Below are positions 26,287-36,156 of a stretch of 61,097 bases of DNA, in pieces. Under the pieces are notes generated by a model. The model worked only from the letters and a program-made list of their open reading frames with translations. It was not told where the DNA came from and ran no database searches. The position numbers and the translations under genes are program-made. Origin of the DNA: Promethearchaeota archaeon (GTDB lineage: Archaea; Asgardarchaeota; Lokiarchaeia; Sigyniarchaeales; SOKP01); NCBI GenBank assembly GCA_004524535.1, contig SDNY01000004.1:1-61097 (forward strand), written 5' to 3'. Every line of letters starts with the position of its first letter. The stretch's first letter is position 1.

Positions 26287-29200
26287 TTGCTTCCGAAAAA
26301 AAAGGAAATCAAGAGACTTTCTTTGATAGGTATTTTTATTTTTTTAATACTTATATCCAATTTACCTACCATAAATCAATTTGAGTCTAACTCCGATAAA
26401 AGAGATATTACGATTCCAATTGATTTGGAAGATTTTAAAAATCCTCATAGTTCTGGAAACATAAATCTAACTGATTTTATTACTGGGAAAGGAGTTAATC
26501 GAACAGTTCGAACTTATATGAATAATAAATCTAGTTCGTTAAATAATAATGGATATTTTAATATTACGGCTCCAGTACCTAACGCGAATCTTAGTTCTGG
26601 AGAATTCTATTTCAATTTTGATAATAATTTTACCACAGATTATCCCATAGAAAGTGATAGCGCTTTAAATCCCTCTGGGGGTAGTTATTTTGAGGAATAT
26701 AACTATGATTCAGATTCTTCAAGTATCGAAATTCATAATGGAACTGGATATTTAACTGGAAATTTTGATGATCTAACAGATGCTAGTTACTTAACATATT
26801 GGAACATAAGTTCAAGTAAGGGTTTTGTAAATTTTACCATTTGTGCAAATTTTTCTGGTGTTAATGGTAATTCGGTTGATTTTGATAGAAAAAATATTAT
26901 AGGTTTTATATTAAATTCCATTTATAATATTAGCCTCGACGCTAATTTAACAGTTTATATGAAAGATTTTTACGATACCGGAGATTTTATAAATATAACA
27001 AATACAATTGAAATAAACAGTACGCTTGGACCTCACAACATAGACGAATTAAGAATAAATAGAAATTTGATTCATATCAATTCTACAAATTGCACACTCC
27101 TTCGATTTATTTTCGATAGAAGTGATAACTCCGAATTTAATGTCACCTTGTATGAATTCAATATCAAGTCTTTTTTAGTTTTAGAATTAGAAATAACGAA
27201 TACAACATATATTGCTTTAGAGTTTGATTTGCTTGGATTAAAATCAACTGTAAATGGATTTTACGCATGGATAAGAACTTTAAACCTTACAAAGGCTAGA
27301 AATGCAAGATTAAATATTTCTCTTTATCGAGCAAATAATACAATGGATAGATCACTAAATAATTTAATACAGTCCACTGGTGTTGGGGCTACAATAATAC
27401 AACCAAATTTAACACAAAGGCCATTAGATTCAAAATTATGGGAATATAGCGATTATCATGGGGATGAGCTTTTTTATTTTGATTTTGATTCCAGTAAAAC
27501 CAATAATTTAACTCGTTACAATTATTTTATTGTGATTAAATCTAATAGTTCTGAGCCTGATATTTATAGTTTGGTGACTCTTCCTGTTAATGTGCCTTTT
27601 GGGGATGGTGAATATGATCATGTATTAAAAAAGACAACAGATAATGGTGTCACTTGGAAGAGAACCACCTCTTTTCTTTCCACTGCTGCTAAGGATGCGG
27701 GAGACTTAGAGGCCAGTCAATTTATATTAAATGTAACTAGAGGATACATCCCTTCCGATTTTAAAATTGAAGGAAAGCAGACATTAAAAATTCAAGATGA
27801 AAATATAGATGAGCTTACAATTATATTTGATGATAGTCCAATTCTTAAATGGGGCTTAGGAAATTGGGCTCACGATTTTAACCCTTCGATTGGAATTTAT
27901 GCAGATAACAAATTTCGAGTGAATCTTACTTGGAATAAAACTTATATTAAAGGATTCAAATTTAACGTAAATTATACCGTTGAGGCTTTTTTTGAAGAAA
28001 ATATCACATCTTTCTATCATGTGAATTATCTTAGAACACCTGAATGGATCTTTAATTACTCTTTAAATTTATTTGATTCTAAATTCGACAATTGGAACTT
28101 TACCCAATTCTGGTATATTTATCCTGATTATTTTGACGCTCAGAATTTAGCTGTCCCGAATGTTACTCAAACATATAACAAGACAGGCAGAGAATTTTCT
28201 TTTGATGAGCTCCCAAATTATGAAAGATTTGTTGTAGATACAAGTATTATCAATGCCTCAGACAAGGCTAAGTATACTGGTACTTATGCTCTTAATTTAA
28301 CTAGTCCGAATGCGATTATTAATGATGCCTTTATGCACAGTTATATAAATTTTGAAGGAAACTTATGGGAAACACGCGGTTTTATGTATGGTGATAATAT
28401 TTCTGTAAGTGTTGATATACAAGATCATAACGGATTAGCACCTTTAAATGGTAAAGCAAATGTTACCCTATTTTATCCAAATGGTACACAATTTCCTGGC
28501 GCAAATCTTTATTCACAAACGGGAGACTCTTCAAGCGATAAAACAATTCGAACTTATAGATTTGACAATAAAACCATATTAGAGTTAACCAAAGATGTTC
28601 CCTTAGTTACTGAACTTTCGACTAATGAACATTATTCATTGGGATTTTTCTGGTCAAATGGTTCTATTATTGGATGTAAAAAAATTCCAATTTATCTTTT
28701 TGTATATGATATTAATCTTAGTAGATGCGTTTTTATTCCGGAAGATAATATTAACAACCTTCAAGGAAGAGTCTTCAATAATTTCCTAAAAAATTATTCC
28801 CTATTAATAGCATCTATTAATGAAACTACGGGTAATTATAATCCAAATTTTTATCCAATAAATAAAGATTTTACAAAAACCGATGGACTTTTTTATATTA
28901 CTTATAAAAAGCGAGATCTTCAAGTACATATGAAAAATTTCCGCCAAAACGAAACTATATTAAATCCTGAAGAAAAAGTGAAAATAAAAGTTGAAATACA
29001 AAATTTGGATCTATTATTTGATTTAGACGTTAAAATTTCAGTGAAACTTGTATCCCTTGCTAATGAAAAGTGGATAATTGCTCAAAATTCTTCTAAGTCA
29101 AAGAATTTGAAATTATATGGAGATCAAAATGAAGATGATATTCAAGAATTTGAAGTTGATTTGACAATACCGGAATTCAATGAGACTGAGTTAATTTGGG

Positions 29201-30762
29201 AGGGGATAAATGCTCCAGTTAGACAGGGTGGCGCAAAAACTATTGTTACGATATATATTGAAAATAATAAAGCAGGTACCTATATATGTAATAATTATTC
29301 ACTATTAATTAACGAAACTGACAATATATTTGAAGGATATATACTTGCTTTAAAACATTCAAAGGGGCTCTCTGCAACAACTATATTAGAAAAATTTAGG
29401 AGGGATGTGTGTGTATATCTTCCAAATCAAACCGTTTTTATGGCAAATATTTACGATCCAAATTATGTTAGCTTTTTTAATCAATATATTGAAGAATTTG
29501 AATTAAAAATGAATAGCAAATTTATAAATATTATAGTTGACCCTCAAAACCCAATTGAAGGAGAAGAATTTGATTTAAGTTCAGTTTTAACGACTGAATT
29601 TGGGAGTCCATTGCCAAATAAAAAGGTTTTATGTCAATATTATAAAAATAATAAATGGGTTAATTTTTCCGATTCAAATCCAATATTAACTACTGATTTA
29701 AATGGCTCCACCAGCTTTTCTATCGATACCTTGAAATATGATTTTGAAGAAACTTTAGTAATTCGGTTAAGTTGGAAAGGAGATGATTACAGATTAAATA
29801 ATTCCATTAATATAACAATAGGAATAATAAAACCATTAAATAAAATTTCAATCTCTAGTAAAGATGATGAATCTATTGTGTATAGAAATACAGACACGGC
29901 TATAACTTTTAGTCTAAAAAACACAGGAAATTCAATTTTAAAAATAATTGATATAACAATCAATATAGAGGATAAGGATTTGGATTATAAAATAAGAGGA
30001 CAAGATAATAATTTATTAAACTGGTTTAGTCCAGAAGATTCCATTGAAATTATTGTTGTAATAGAAGTTTCAGACACGGATTATAATGAATTAGATATAC
30101 AAATAACAATTTTTGCTGAAAATATTTTATCAAATGAACCCTATTTCAAACAAGATACAATTACTGTGGAAGTTATTGATAAAGGATTAGGTGATTATAT
30201 CCTCGAATATTTTCTAGTGATTATGGTTATATTATTTGTTTTAATAGGTTTATTAACTTTTATTTACGCTAAAAGAACTAAAAAGAAGATAGAAAAACTA
30301 CCAGAAGAACCTCTTAAAAAGAAACCACGCAGAGGTAGATATGTAAAAGTCTCTGAACTAGAACCTAAGAAAGTAGAAGAAAGACCGGTAGAAGGTGAAA
30401 AAGCCGAACCAGCAGAAATCATTACAGAAGAAAAAATTGAACCTAAAAAAGCTAAAGAGACAAAAACCACGGATTTAGATACTTTATTAGCTGAAGAAAT
30501 TGAGAAAAAAGAAGAGAAATCCTTGAAAAAAGCAAGAAAATTACCAAAAAGGGTTAAAAAACCATCAAAAAAACCTAAAAAAGTTATTACTGAACCAACA
30601 TCACTCAAGAAAGTTAAAAAAAAGAAGAAAGTTGAAAAAAAACCTAAAAAATCAATAAAGAAAAAAATAAAATCACCAAAAAAGGTTGAATCAAAAAAAA
30701 TTAAAAAGAAAAAGACAACTGATTTTGATGAGTTATTAAAAGAGAAAGGGCTAGATGATTAA
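26287..30762 (+). CDS. giant (1491 aa) surface protein with an N-terminal signal/anchor, sequon-rich ectodomain, C-terminal TM helix and Lys-rich tail
   Basis: N-terminus is KKKEIKRLSLIGIFIFLILISNLP. There are dozens of N-x-S/T sequons. The TM helix YFLVIMVILFVLIGLLTFIYA lies near 30200-30270. The low-complexity tail reads KKxxKKPKK. The start appears to be TTG. Confidence 0.7.
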   Translation: MLPKKKEIKRLSLIGIFIFLILISNLPTINQFESNSDKRDITIPIDLEDFKNPHSSGNINLTDFITGKGVNRTVRTYMNNKSSSLNNNGYFNITAPVPNANLSSGEFYFNFDNNFTTDYPIESDSALNPSGGSYFEEYNYDSDSSSIEIHNGTGYLTGNFDDLTDASYLTYWNISSSKGFVNFTICANFSGVNGNSVDFDRKNIIGFILNSIYNISLDANLTVYMKDFYDTGDFINITNTIEINSTLGPHNIDELRINRNLIHINSTNCTLLRFIFDRSDNSEFNVTLYEFNIKSFLVLELEITNTTYIALEFDLLGLKSTVNGFYAWIRTLNLTKARNARLNISLYRANNTMDRSLNNLIQSTGVGATIIQPNLTQRPLDSKLWEYSDYHGDELFYFDFDSSKTNNLTRYNYFIVIKSNSSEPDIYSLVTLPVNVPFGDGEYDHVLKKTTDNGVTWKRTTSFLSTAAKDAGDLEASQFILNVTRGYIPSDFKIEGKQTLKIQDENIDELTIIFDDSPILKWGLGNWAHDFNPSIGIYADNKFRVNLTWNKTYIKGFKFNVNYTVEAFFEENITSFYHVNYLRTPEWIFNYSLNLFDSKFDNWNFTQFWYIYPDYFDAQNLAVPNVTQTYNKTGREFSFDELPNYERFVVDTSIINASDKAKYTGTYALNLTSPNAIINDAFMHSYINFEGNLWETRGFMYGDNISVSVDIQDHNGLAPLNGKANVTLFYPNGTQFPGANLYSQTGDSSSDKTIRTYRFDNKTILELTKDVPLVTELSTNEHYSLGFFWSNGSIIGCKKIPIYLFVYDINLSRCVFIPEDNINNLQGRVFNNFLKNYSLLIASINETTGNYNPNFYPINKDFTKTDGLFYITYKKRDLQVHMKNFRQNETILNPEEKVKIKVEIQNLDLLFDLDVKISVKLVSLANEKWIIAQNSSKSKNLKLYGDQNEDDIQEFEVDLTIPEFNETELIWEGINAPVRQGGAKTIVTIYIENNKAGTYICNNYSLLINETDNIFEGYILALKHSKGLSATTILEKFRRDVCVYLPNQTVFMANIYDPNYVSFFNQYIEEFELKMNSKFINIIVDPQNPIEGEEFDLSSVLTTEFGSPLPNKKVLCQYYKNNKWVNFSDSNPILTTDLNGSTSFSIDTLKYDFEETLVIRLSWKGDDYRLNNSINITIGIIKPLNKISISSKDDESIVYRNTDTAITFSLKNTGNSILKIIDITINIEDKDLDYKIRGQDNNLLNWFSPEDSIEIIVVIEVSDTDYNELDIQITIFAENILSNEPYFKQDTITVEVIDKGLGDYILEYFLVIMVILFVLIGLLTFIYAKRTKKKIEKLPEEPLKKKPRRGRYVKVSELEPKKVEERPVEGEKAEPAEIITEEKIEPKKAKETKTTDLDTLLAEEIEKKEEKSLKKARKLPKRVKKPSKKPKKVITEPTSLKKVKKKKKVEKKPKKSIKKKIKSPKKVESKKIKKKKTTDFDELLKEKGLDD

Positions 30763-30848
30763 AAAATCTAAAAATACCTAGTTCTTTTAGTAATTCTTAT
30801 TTCTATTGATTTTAATTTTAATAAAAAAAGATAAAATAAGGAGTTATA

Positions 30849-31202
30849 TTAGAGATTAGAAATCGAAATCAAATTTCGCTTAAGAAGTCCCAGAGATGAT
30901 TTTCCATCAGTTCCAGCCAAAGCAATAAGAACCAATTTTTCAGAACCCACGAGTACAGCAAATCCTTCCTCTAATTCTATAGTTGTGTTTTTCAACCCCC
31001 CTTTATTAATATCAGTACCTAATGTATTTGAATCTTTAATAATTGCTGTACAAGATTTCGCTATCTTTTCATGGTCCATTTCTGTAATTGTTTGACCAAC
31101 AATAACCTTTCCGCTTTTAGCATCTGCAGCAATTAAACCCTCACATTCAGGAACGATATCCATTAATTCTGCTAATTTTTTTTCAATTTCCTCTTTACTC
31201 AT
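30849..31202 (-). CDS. roadblock/LC7 (MglB-like) domain protein
   Basis: 117 aa. The pattern VPECEGLIAADAKSGKVI...TTIELEEGFAVLVGSEKLVLIALAG matches the Robl/LC7 alpha-beta-alpha sandwich. Confidence 0.7.
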   Translation of the reverse strand: MSKEEIEKKLAELMDIVPECEGLIAADAKSGKVIVGQTITEMDHEKIAKSCTAIIKDSNTLGTDINKGGLKNTTIELEEGFAVLVGSEKLVLIALAGTDGKSSLGLLKRNLISISNL

Positions 31203-31348
31203 CGTAATGCTTCTCTTTAAATTATTTTCTTTAAAATTAGTGAAGAAATTATCTATATATATCTTTATGTAAAAATAAATTTAAACTTTTTAAACTTTTC
31301 AAGAATCCGATTTAAATTGAAAAGAGTATTGCAAAAAAAAGATCAATT

Positions 31349-31633
31349 TTACTTTAAGATTATCAAGATTAATTGCTCTTCCAGAGCGATCATTACTTCT
31401 CCCTTGCTAGTCTCTAGTCTTATAAACTTTAAAGACCCCTCCTTTAAAGCGTCAACACATTGACGAGATTTGCCTATTAAAGCTGTAATATAAGCCGATA
31501 CTTCTTCTGTTTGTTCCGTTTGAAGATTAGATTTTATTGGTAACCCACTTGAATCACAGATAATGACCCCACGGACACCCTCCTTTTCCTCAAACCTTCT
31601 GATGATGGCTTTTACTTCGTTCGTATCAATCAT
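31349..31633 (-). CDS. roadblock/LC7 domain protein
   Basis: 94 aa. EGVRGVIICDSSGLPIKS...AYITALIGKSRQCVDAL..GSLKFIRLETSKGEVMI is the classical Robl_LC7 pattern. Confidence 0.75.
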   Translation of the reverse strand: MIDTNEVKAIIRRFEEKEGVRGVIICDSSGLPIKSNLQTEQTEEVSAYITALIGKSRQCVDALKEGSLKFIRLETSKGEVMIALEEQLILIILK

Positions 31634-31814
31634 ACTAATTTCACTTTATTATTCTGCAAAAAAAAATATGTCTTAATTTAATATAATAATATAATAGATT
31701 TAGTATTTAAAAAAATGTTTATTAATTATTTTTTCAATTTAAGATTTTTATTTATTATTTTTTCGTTTTTTAAATAGGTTTTATCAATAATAATCAAAAT
31801 TATTTAATTTTCTT

Positions 31815-32717
31815 TTATAAATAATCATCAAGGTTTATTCCAAATTTTGAGAAATGTGCTTCTCTTGAAGTACGAAAATCTCTATTTAGTTTTACTAAAA
31901 ATTCCTCATACTGCTTGGGATTAGCTCCCTTCATTGCTAAGACTGAAAGAAGTCCTTTACTGTCATAAATATATAATTGATCTTTCTTAATTTGGGCAAT
32001 GTATTTTTTAACAACGCTGTCAGGAGATTTTGCCTTATCATACATTTCTTCCAACATTGATTGGGATATTTCTTGCAATTTTTCTTCACCTATACCATCA
32101 ACCAGCTTTTTGGGATATTTAGCTTCTTCTCCTGAAAAAAAAATATTAGTCTTAATATATAATGGAATTATTACTGAGACTTTTATACCAAATCTAGATA
32201 TTTGACCATAAAGGCCTTCTGAGATTCCAACTACTCCAAACTTTGAAGCCATATAAGACAGAGGTTCAGGTGAACCCAAAATGCCCGCTGCGGAGGCAAC
32301 GTTAACAATATGTCCCGATCCTCTTTCTAACATTTTGGGTATAAAAGCCTTAAGTGAATAAATGATACTCCATAAATTAACATCAATTACTTTTTTCCAA
32401 TCATCTAAATTAATATTTTCTAAAAGAACTCCTCTTGCAATACCAGCATTATTGATTAGTAAGTCCACATCCCCTAACTTAGAATGAAATTGCTTAGCAC
32501 ATCTATCAAAATCTTCGAATTTTGATACATCACACTTTTCAGCAATCACCTTTACACCAAGAGCCTCTACTTCTTCTTTTACTTTTACTAAACCTTCCAT
32601 ATTTATATCTGTTATAAATAGATTTATTCCTTCTTTTGCTAAAGCAAGTGCAAAGGAACGTCCGATTCCGCTTGCGGCTCCGGTTAAAAAGCAATTCTTA
32701 TTGTTTAGTTCTTTCAT
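31815..32717 (-). CDS. short-chain dehydrogenase/reductase (SDR)
   Basis: TGAASGIGRSFA (TGxxxGxG), NNAG and SYMASKFG (YxxxK) are present. The ATG at 32717 is preferred over the upstream TTG at 32753. Confidence 0.85.
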   Translation of the reverse strand: MKELNNKNCFLTGAASGIGRSFALALAKEGINLFITDINMEGLVKVKEEVEALGVKVIAEKCDVSKFEDFDRCAKQFHSKLGDVDLLINNAGIARGVLLENINLDDWKKVIDVNLWSIIYSLKAFIPKMLERGSGHIVNVASAAGILGSPEPLSYMASKFGVVGISEGLYGQISRFGIKVSVIIPLYIKTNIFFSGEEAKYPKKLVDGIGEEKLQEISQSMLEEMYDKAKSPDSVVKKYIAQIKKDQLYIYDSKGLLSVLAMKGANPKQYEEFLVKLNRDFRTSREAHFSKFGINLDDYL

Positions 32718-32996
32718 CTTCCACTCTTTTGATTTATTCTTCAGTAATATCAAGAAGGTTAGCCTCTTATTTAAAACCTTTGTATAGGACTATTTGGTTA
32801 ACCTTGTAAATATTGAATTTTAATAAATCTTGATATAATTAATTTTTATAATAGATTTAATATTTAATTAATTTTGAAAGTAGAAATTCTGTTCAATATT
32901 ATGTGGATATTACGATAATTGAAATTCTCTTCTATGATTATTCATTCTATATCAATATATTGTATTCTTATAAATTAAGCTAAAATAGTTTTATAT

Positions 32997-33938
32997 ATGA
33001 TACAATTCAACTATGATAATTCAAGTAAAAATTTAGAAAATCAAAGTTCTCAGAATGATTATTTACAATCTAATAACTATAGTCCGCTTTTAAATCATCA
33101 AGCCTTAACTAAAAGTGTTAAGCGTAATTTATGGAGTTATGAGCTTAAATCCATGTTACGGGGATTTATAGACGACATTGATGATTTTAAACAAAATATT
33201 AAATTTAAAGTAAGCGGGAAAATATTAGATTCATCTACTTATGTTCTTAAGACTAAAACGAGCACCATCATAAATGCATCATTAGAAACTCAAGAAGATA
33301 TTAAGGATACTCAAGCTACTGAATTGAATGAAGAAGATAACATTATTTTTTCTGAAGACTATGATGAGGAAGGCGAATTATTTGAAGCATTTGCTGAATT
33401 AGAATCTAAGAATTTATTAACTGAAAAAGAAAAGGAGCTATTAAAGGAAGAGAAAATTAAAAGAGCTTTGAAACTAAATGTATCTGATTTAAATGAGGAA
33501 ATAAAAAATAGAATTGAAAAATTAAATACTCCACCAAAATTAATCTATAAAAAAGTGGAATTAAAAGATCTTGCTGATGCTTTAAATAATGTATTAAAAA
33601 GGAAAGATACAACAAGTAGAGTAAAAAAAAATAGAGATCATATTTTAGATAAATCAAAATTGCCTTTATTACCTGAGAATTTTATTGCTAATGCTGAAAA
33701 GAAAAGGGCAAATTTTGAGAATCGAATAAATGAATTTTATGAAACTCTAAATAAGCAATATAAAGGAGAACCAATTCAATTTTTAAAATTGGTTCGCCAA
33801 CCCACTGTAAAGGCACTTGTTGAAGCTTTACTTTGTATTTTACACCTAATAAACCATAAGAAAATTGAACTATGGAAGCAAGAAGATTTTTCAGAAAATA
33901 GTGGTCAGAATTTATTTTTAAGTCCATTGGAGATTTGA
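32997..33938 (+). CDS. ScpA-like kleisin (segregation and condensation protein A-like), tentative
   Basis: N-terminal helical motif: LWSYELKSMLRGFIDDIDDF...VSGKILDSSTYVLKTKTS. A long charged linker follows. C-terminal winged-helix-like motif: IQFLKLVRQPTVKALVEALLCILHLINHKKIELWKQEDF. Confidence 0.5.
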   Translation: MIQFNYDNSSKNLENQSSQNDYLQSNNYSPLLNHQALTKSVKRNLWSYELKSMLRGFIDDIDDFKQNIKFKVSGKILDSSTYVLKTKTSTIINASLETQEDIKDTQATELNEEDNIIFSEDYDEEGELFEAFAELESKNLLTEKEKELLKEEKIKRALKLNVSDLNEEIKNRIEKLNTPPKLIYKKVELKDLADALNNVLKRKDTTSRVKKNRDHILDKSKLPLLPENFIANAEKKRANFENRINEFYETLNKQYKGEPIQFLKLVRQPTVKALVEALLCILHLINHKKIELWKQEDFSENSGQNLFLSPLEI

Positions 33939-34032
33939 GAATCATTAAAAATTAATCTGAATAAATATTTATAGGTAATGATTCAAAATATATTTCAGAA
34001 ATACATATTTTTTTAAAAAAAAATTTTAGTAT

Positions 34033-34473
34033 ATGAAAGAGATTGACGGCGCTTATATATTTAGCGGGGATGGAGGGTTAATATTCTCCCTAGAAAATTT
34101 AGAGGATGGCTCCGCATTTGATTCTGATTATTTGGGCGATTTTTTATCGGCGGTGGAATCAATTGCTTTAAATATTGGCGAAGAAGAAGTAAATACATTA
34201 GAATTTGGTAATATTAAATTCTTTCATACAAGGGATAAGTTAACAAAAATCGGTTTTGCGATTAAATGTAAAAAAAATACTAAGCCTAAAAAAATTAAAC
34301 AAGTTTTAACAAATCTAATGAATGTGTTCTTAGAAAGGTTTACGGGGAATTTTTCTTCTGAGGTAATAATAAAGAAACAACAAATGGAATCTTTTATTGA
34401 AACAATAAGTGAGCAGCTTGGAAAAGGAAATAAAGTAGAATATTTTTTAGATAAAATTAAAATCGTAAAATAA
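34033..34473 (+). CDS. longin/roadblock-like small alpha/beta protein (tentative)
   Basis: 146 aa. The GAYIFSGDGGLIFS...LGDFLSAVESIALNIG...LEFGNIKFFH...IGFAIKC pattern is shared with the ORF at 43877-44296. Confidence 0.35.
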   Translation: MKEIDGAYIFSGDGGLIFSLENLEDGSAFDSDYLGDFLSAVESIALNIGEEEVNTLEFGNIKFFHTRDKLTKIGFAIKCKKNTKPKKIKQVLTNLMNVFLERFTGNFSSEVIIKKQQMESFIETISEQLGKGNKVEYFLDKIKIVK

Positions 34474-34485
34474 TTCACAGGTCCA

Positions 34486-35121
34486 TTATAAGAAAAAACG
34501 TTTAAATAAATTTAATTTACGCTCCTCTCCAATTGAACTATTGCCCATATGACCGGGAAATATAATAAAATTATCTGATAATTCAGGATTATACATAATT
34601 TTATTTTTTATACTAGAAAATAATTGATTTTGATTACCACCGCCTATATCGGACCTCCCTATGCTTCTGTGGAATAATAAATCTCCCGTAAATATAATTC
34701 CGTCAATTTTTTTGCCATTAAATTCTTTAACATCTTTAGAATAAAAGCTTATGCCCCCTGGACTATGTCCTGGCGTTTCCAAAATATGGAGCTCAATCTC
34801 ACCGATTTTGATAGAATCTCCTTCAGATAACCATTTATCAGCATTTTTAAAGTTCGTGAATCCGCCTGAATTTAATTCTTTTCTATTATACATTAATGGA
34901 ATTTTAAAATGTCTAATAATCTGTCCGACCTTACCAGTATGGTCGAAATGACAATGAGTTAAAAGAACTGCAATTGGTTTGACTCCAAGATCTTCTATTG
35001 CTTTAATAATAGTATTCCCTTGTGCCCCGGGGTCAATAATAACAACTTCTTTAGTCGTATCTGAACCAAAGATATAACAATTAGTTCCAAGCGCCCCCAC
35101 AATAAGCTTTAATAGAATCAT
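34486..35121 (-). CDS. MBL-fold metallo-hydrolase (glyoxalase II-like)
   Basis: THCHFDHTG (HxHxDH), ETPGHSPGG, FTGDLLF and FPGH are present. The ATG at 35121 is preferred over the TTG at 35139. Confidence 0.85.
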   Translation of the reverse strand: MILLKLIVGALGTNCYIFGSDTTKEVVIIDPGAQGNTIIKAIEDLGVKPIAVLLTHCHFDHTGKVGQIIRHFKIPLMYNRKELNSGGFTNFKNADKWLSEGDSIKIGEIELHILETPGHSPGGISFYSKDVKEFNGKKIDGIIFTGDLLFHRSIGRSDIGGGNQNQLFSSIKNKIMYNPELSDNFIIFPGHMGNSSIGEERKLNLFKRFFL

Positions 35122-35221
35122 AATAAAAAAAATAAACAAAGACAGCTAAATTTTTTTTTAGTTATGCAAAAAAATTATACAATAGAAATACAATAAAAAA
35201 TAAAAGATTTTTCAATTATCC

Positions 35222-35512
35222 CTATGAATGATTGCCAATTAACTCATTTATCTCAATTAATTTATGGTAAACTTGCAATCCCTTTTTTGTTAGTTGTATA
35301 TACTTCTTTTTATTAATTGTTTTAATTGAGATTAATCCTTTTTTAATTAAATCTGATTTTACTCGAAAATATGAATTGTAATAACTAAATTTATTCAATT
35401 CATTATAAAAAGTATGTTTATCCGTTTTATTATTCTTAAACTGCGTAAGCACTTGGAATGTGTCTCGAAATCCTTTTTTCTTTAAGAATCCTATTAATTC
35501 ATCAAAAATCAA
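35222..35512 (-). CDS. small winged-helix DNA-binding protein (tentative)
   Basis: 96 aa. YFRVKSDLIKKGLISIKTINKKKYIQLTKKGLQVY looks like a recognition helix plus wing. The start appears to be TTG. Confidence 0.4.
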   Translation of the reverse strand: MIFDELIGFLKKKGFRDTFQVLTQFKNNKTDKHTFYNELNKFSYYNSYFRVKSDLIKKGLISIKTINKKKYIQLTKKGLQVYHKLIEINELIGNHS

Positions 35513-35756
35513 TATCCCAATCCCTTTTTAAATGGTATTTTGAACTAGCAATAATTTGCATTAGAAAAATTAGAACTATTAAAAAAGATTTCTATAATAA
35601 AATATAAAATTTAGACATAAAGATAATAAATTTTAATTGAGAGATATAAAATAAAAAATTGGATTAAAATTAATCCAAGAATCTAAAATATTAAATATTT
35701 CTTTTTCTATTATTTGAATTAACACAATTTCTAAAAAATTCTTATGGGAAAAGAAA

Positions 35757-36092
35757 ATGGGAAAAGAAAAAGAAAAAGACAAGAAAGATAAAGATAAAGA
35801 CAAAGATAAGAAAGATAAAGACAAAGACAAAGATAAGAAAGATAAAGACAAAGACAAAGATAAGAAAGATAAAGATATGCCCGATCAAGAGTGGAAGATT
35901 GCAATAAGCAAAAATCTTGATCAATTAATCGGAGCTTATGGAAAGATTGTTAAAATTTTTCAAGATATTGATAATTATATTCTGAAAGACGCCAAAACTA
36001 TCGAAGAGTTTAAAGAAAAAGTCCAGAAGGCAATTTCTGATTTACCGGAGCCATCTCAAAATATATTTATAGCCTTTTTAGATAATATTTAA
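35757..36092 (+). CDS. small protein with an N-terminal (KD)n low-complexity tract
   Basis: The protein starts MGKEKEKDKKDKDKDKDKKDKDKDKDKKDKDKDKDKKDKD and continues into a non-repetitive helical ~70 aa. The tract is encoded by the 27-bp tandem repeat. Confidence 0.4.
   Translation: MGKEKEKDKKDKDKDKDKKDKDKDKDKKDKDKDKDKKDKDMPDQEWKIAISKNLDQLIGAYGKIVKIFQDIDNYILKDAKTIEEFKEKVQKAISDLPEPSQNIFIAFLDNI
35778..35876. repeat. tandem repeat, about 3.7 copies of a 27-bp unit (GATAAGAAAGATAAAGACAAAGACAAA)
   Basis: Read directly. Perfect units lie at 35805-35831 and 35832-35858. A degenerate unit lies at 35778-35804 and a partial one at 35859-35876. Confidence 0.9.
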
Positions 36093-36156
36093 TTAAGATA
36101 AATTTTTAATCAAATCTTTTTTTTTTGATTATGTTTTTAAATTATTAAGAAAGATC

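Noticed and set aside
35633-35924. ORFs translating to SLSLSFLSLSLSLSF and IFVFVFIFLIF repeats on the minus strand.
   Set aside because: They are the antisense frames of the 27-bp KD-encoding tandem repeat. The repetitiveness comes from the DNA repeat and is not evidence of coding.
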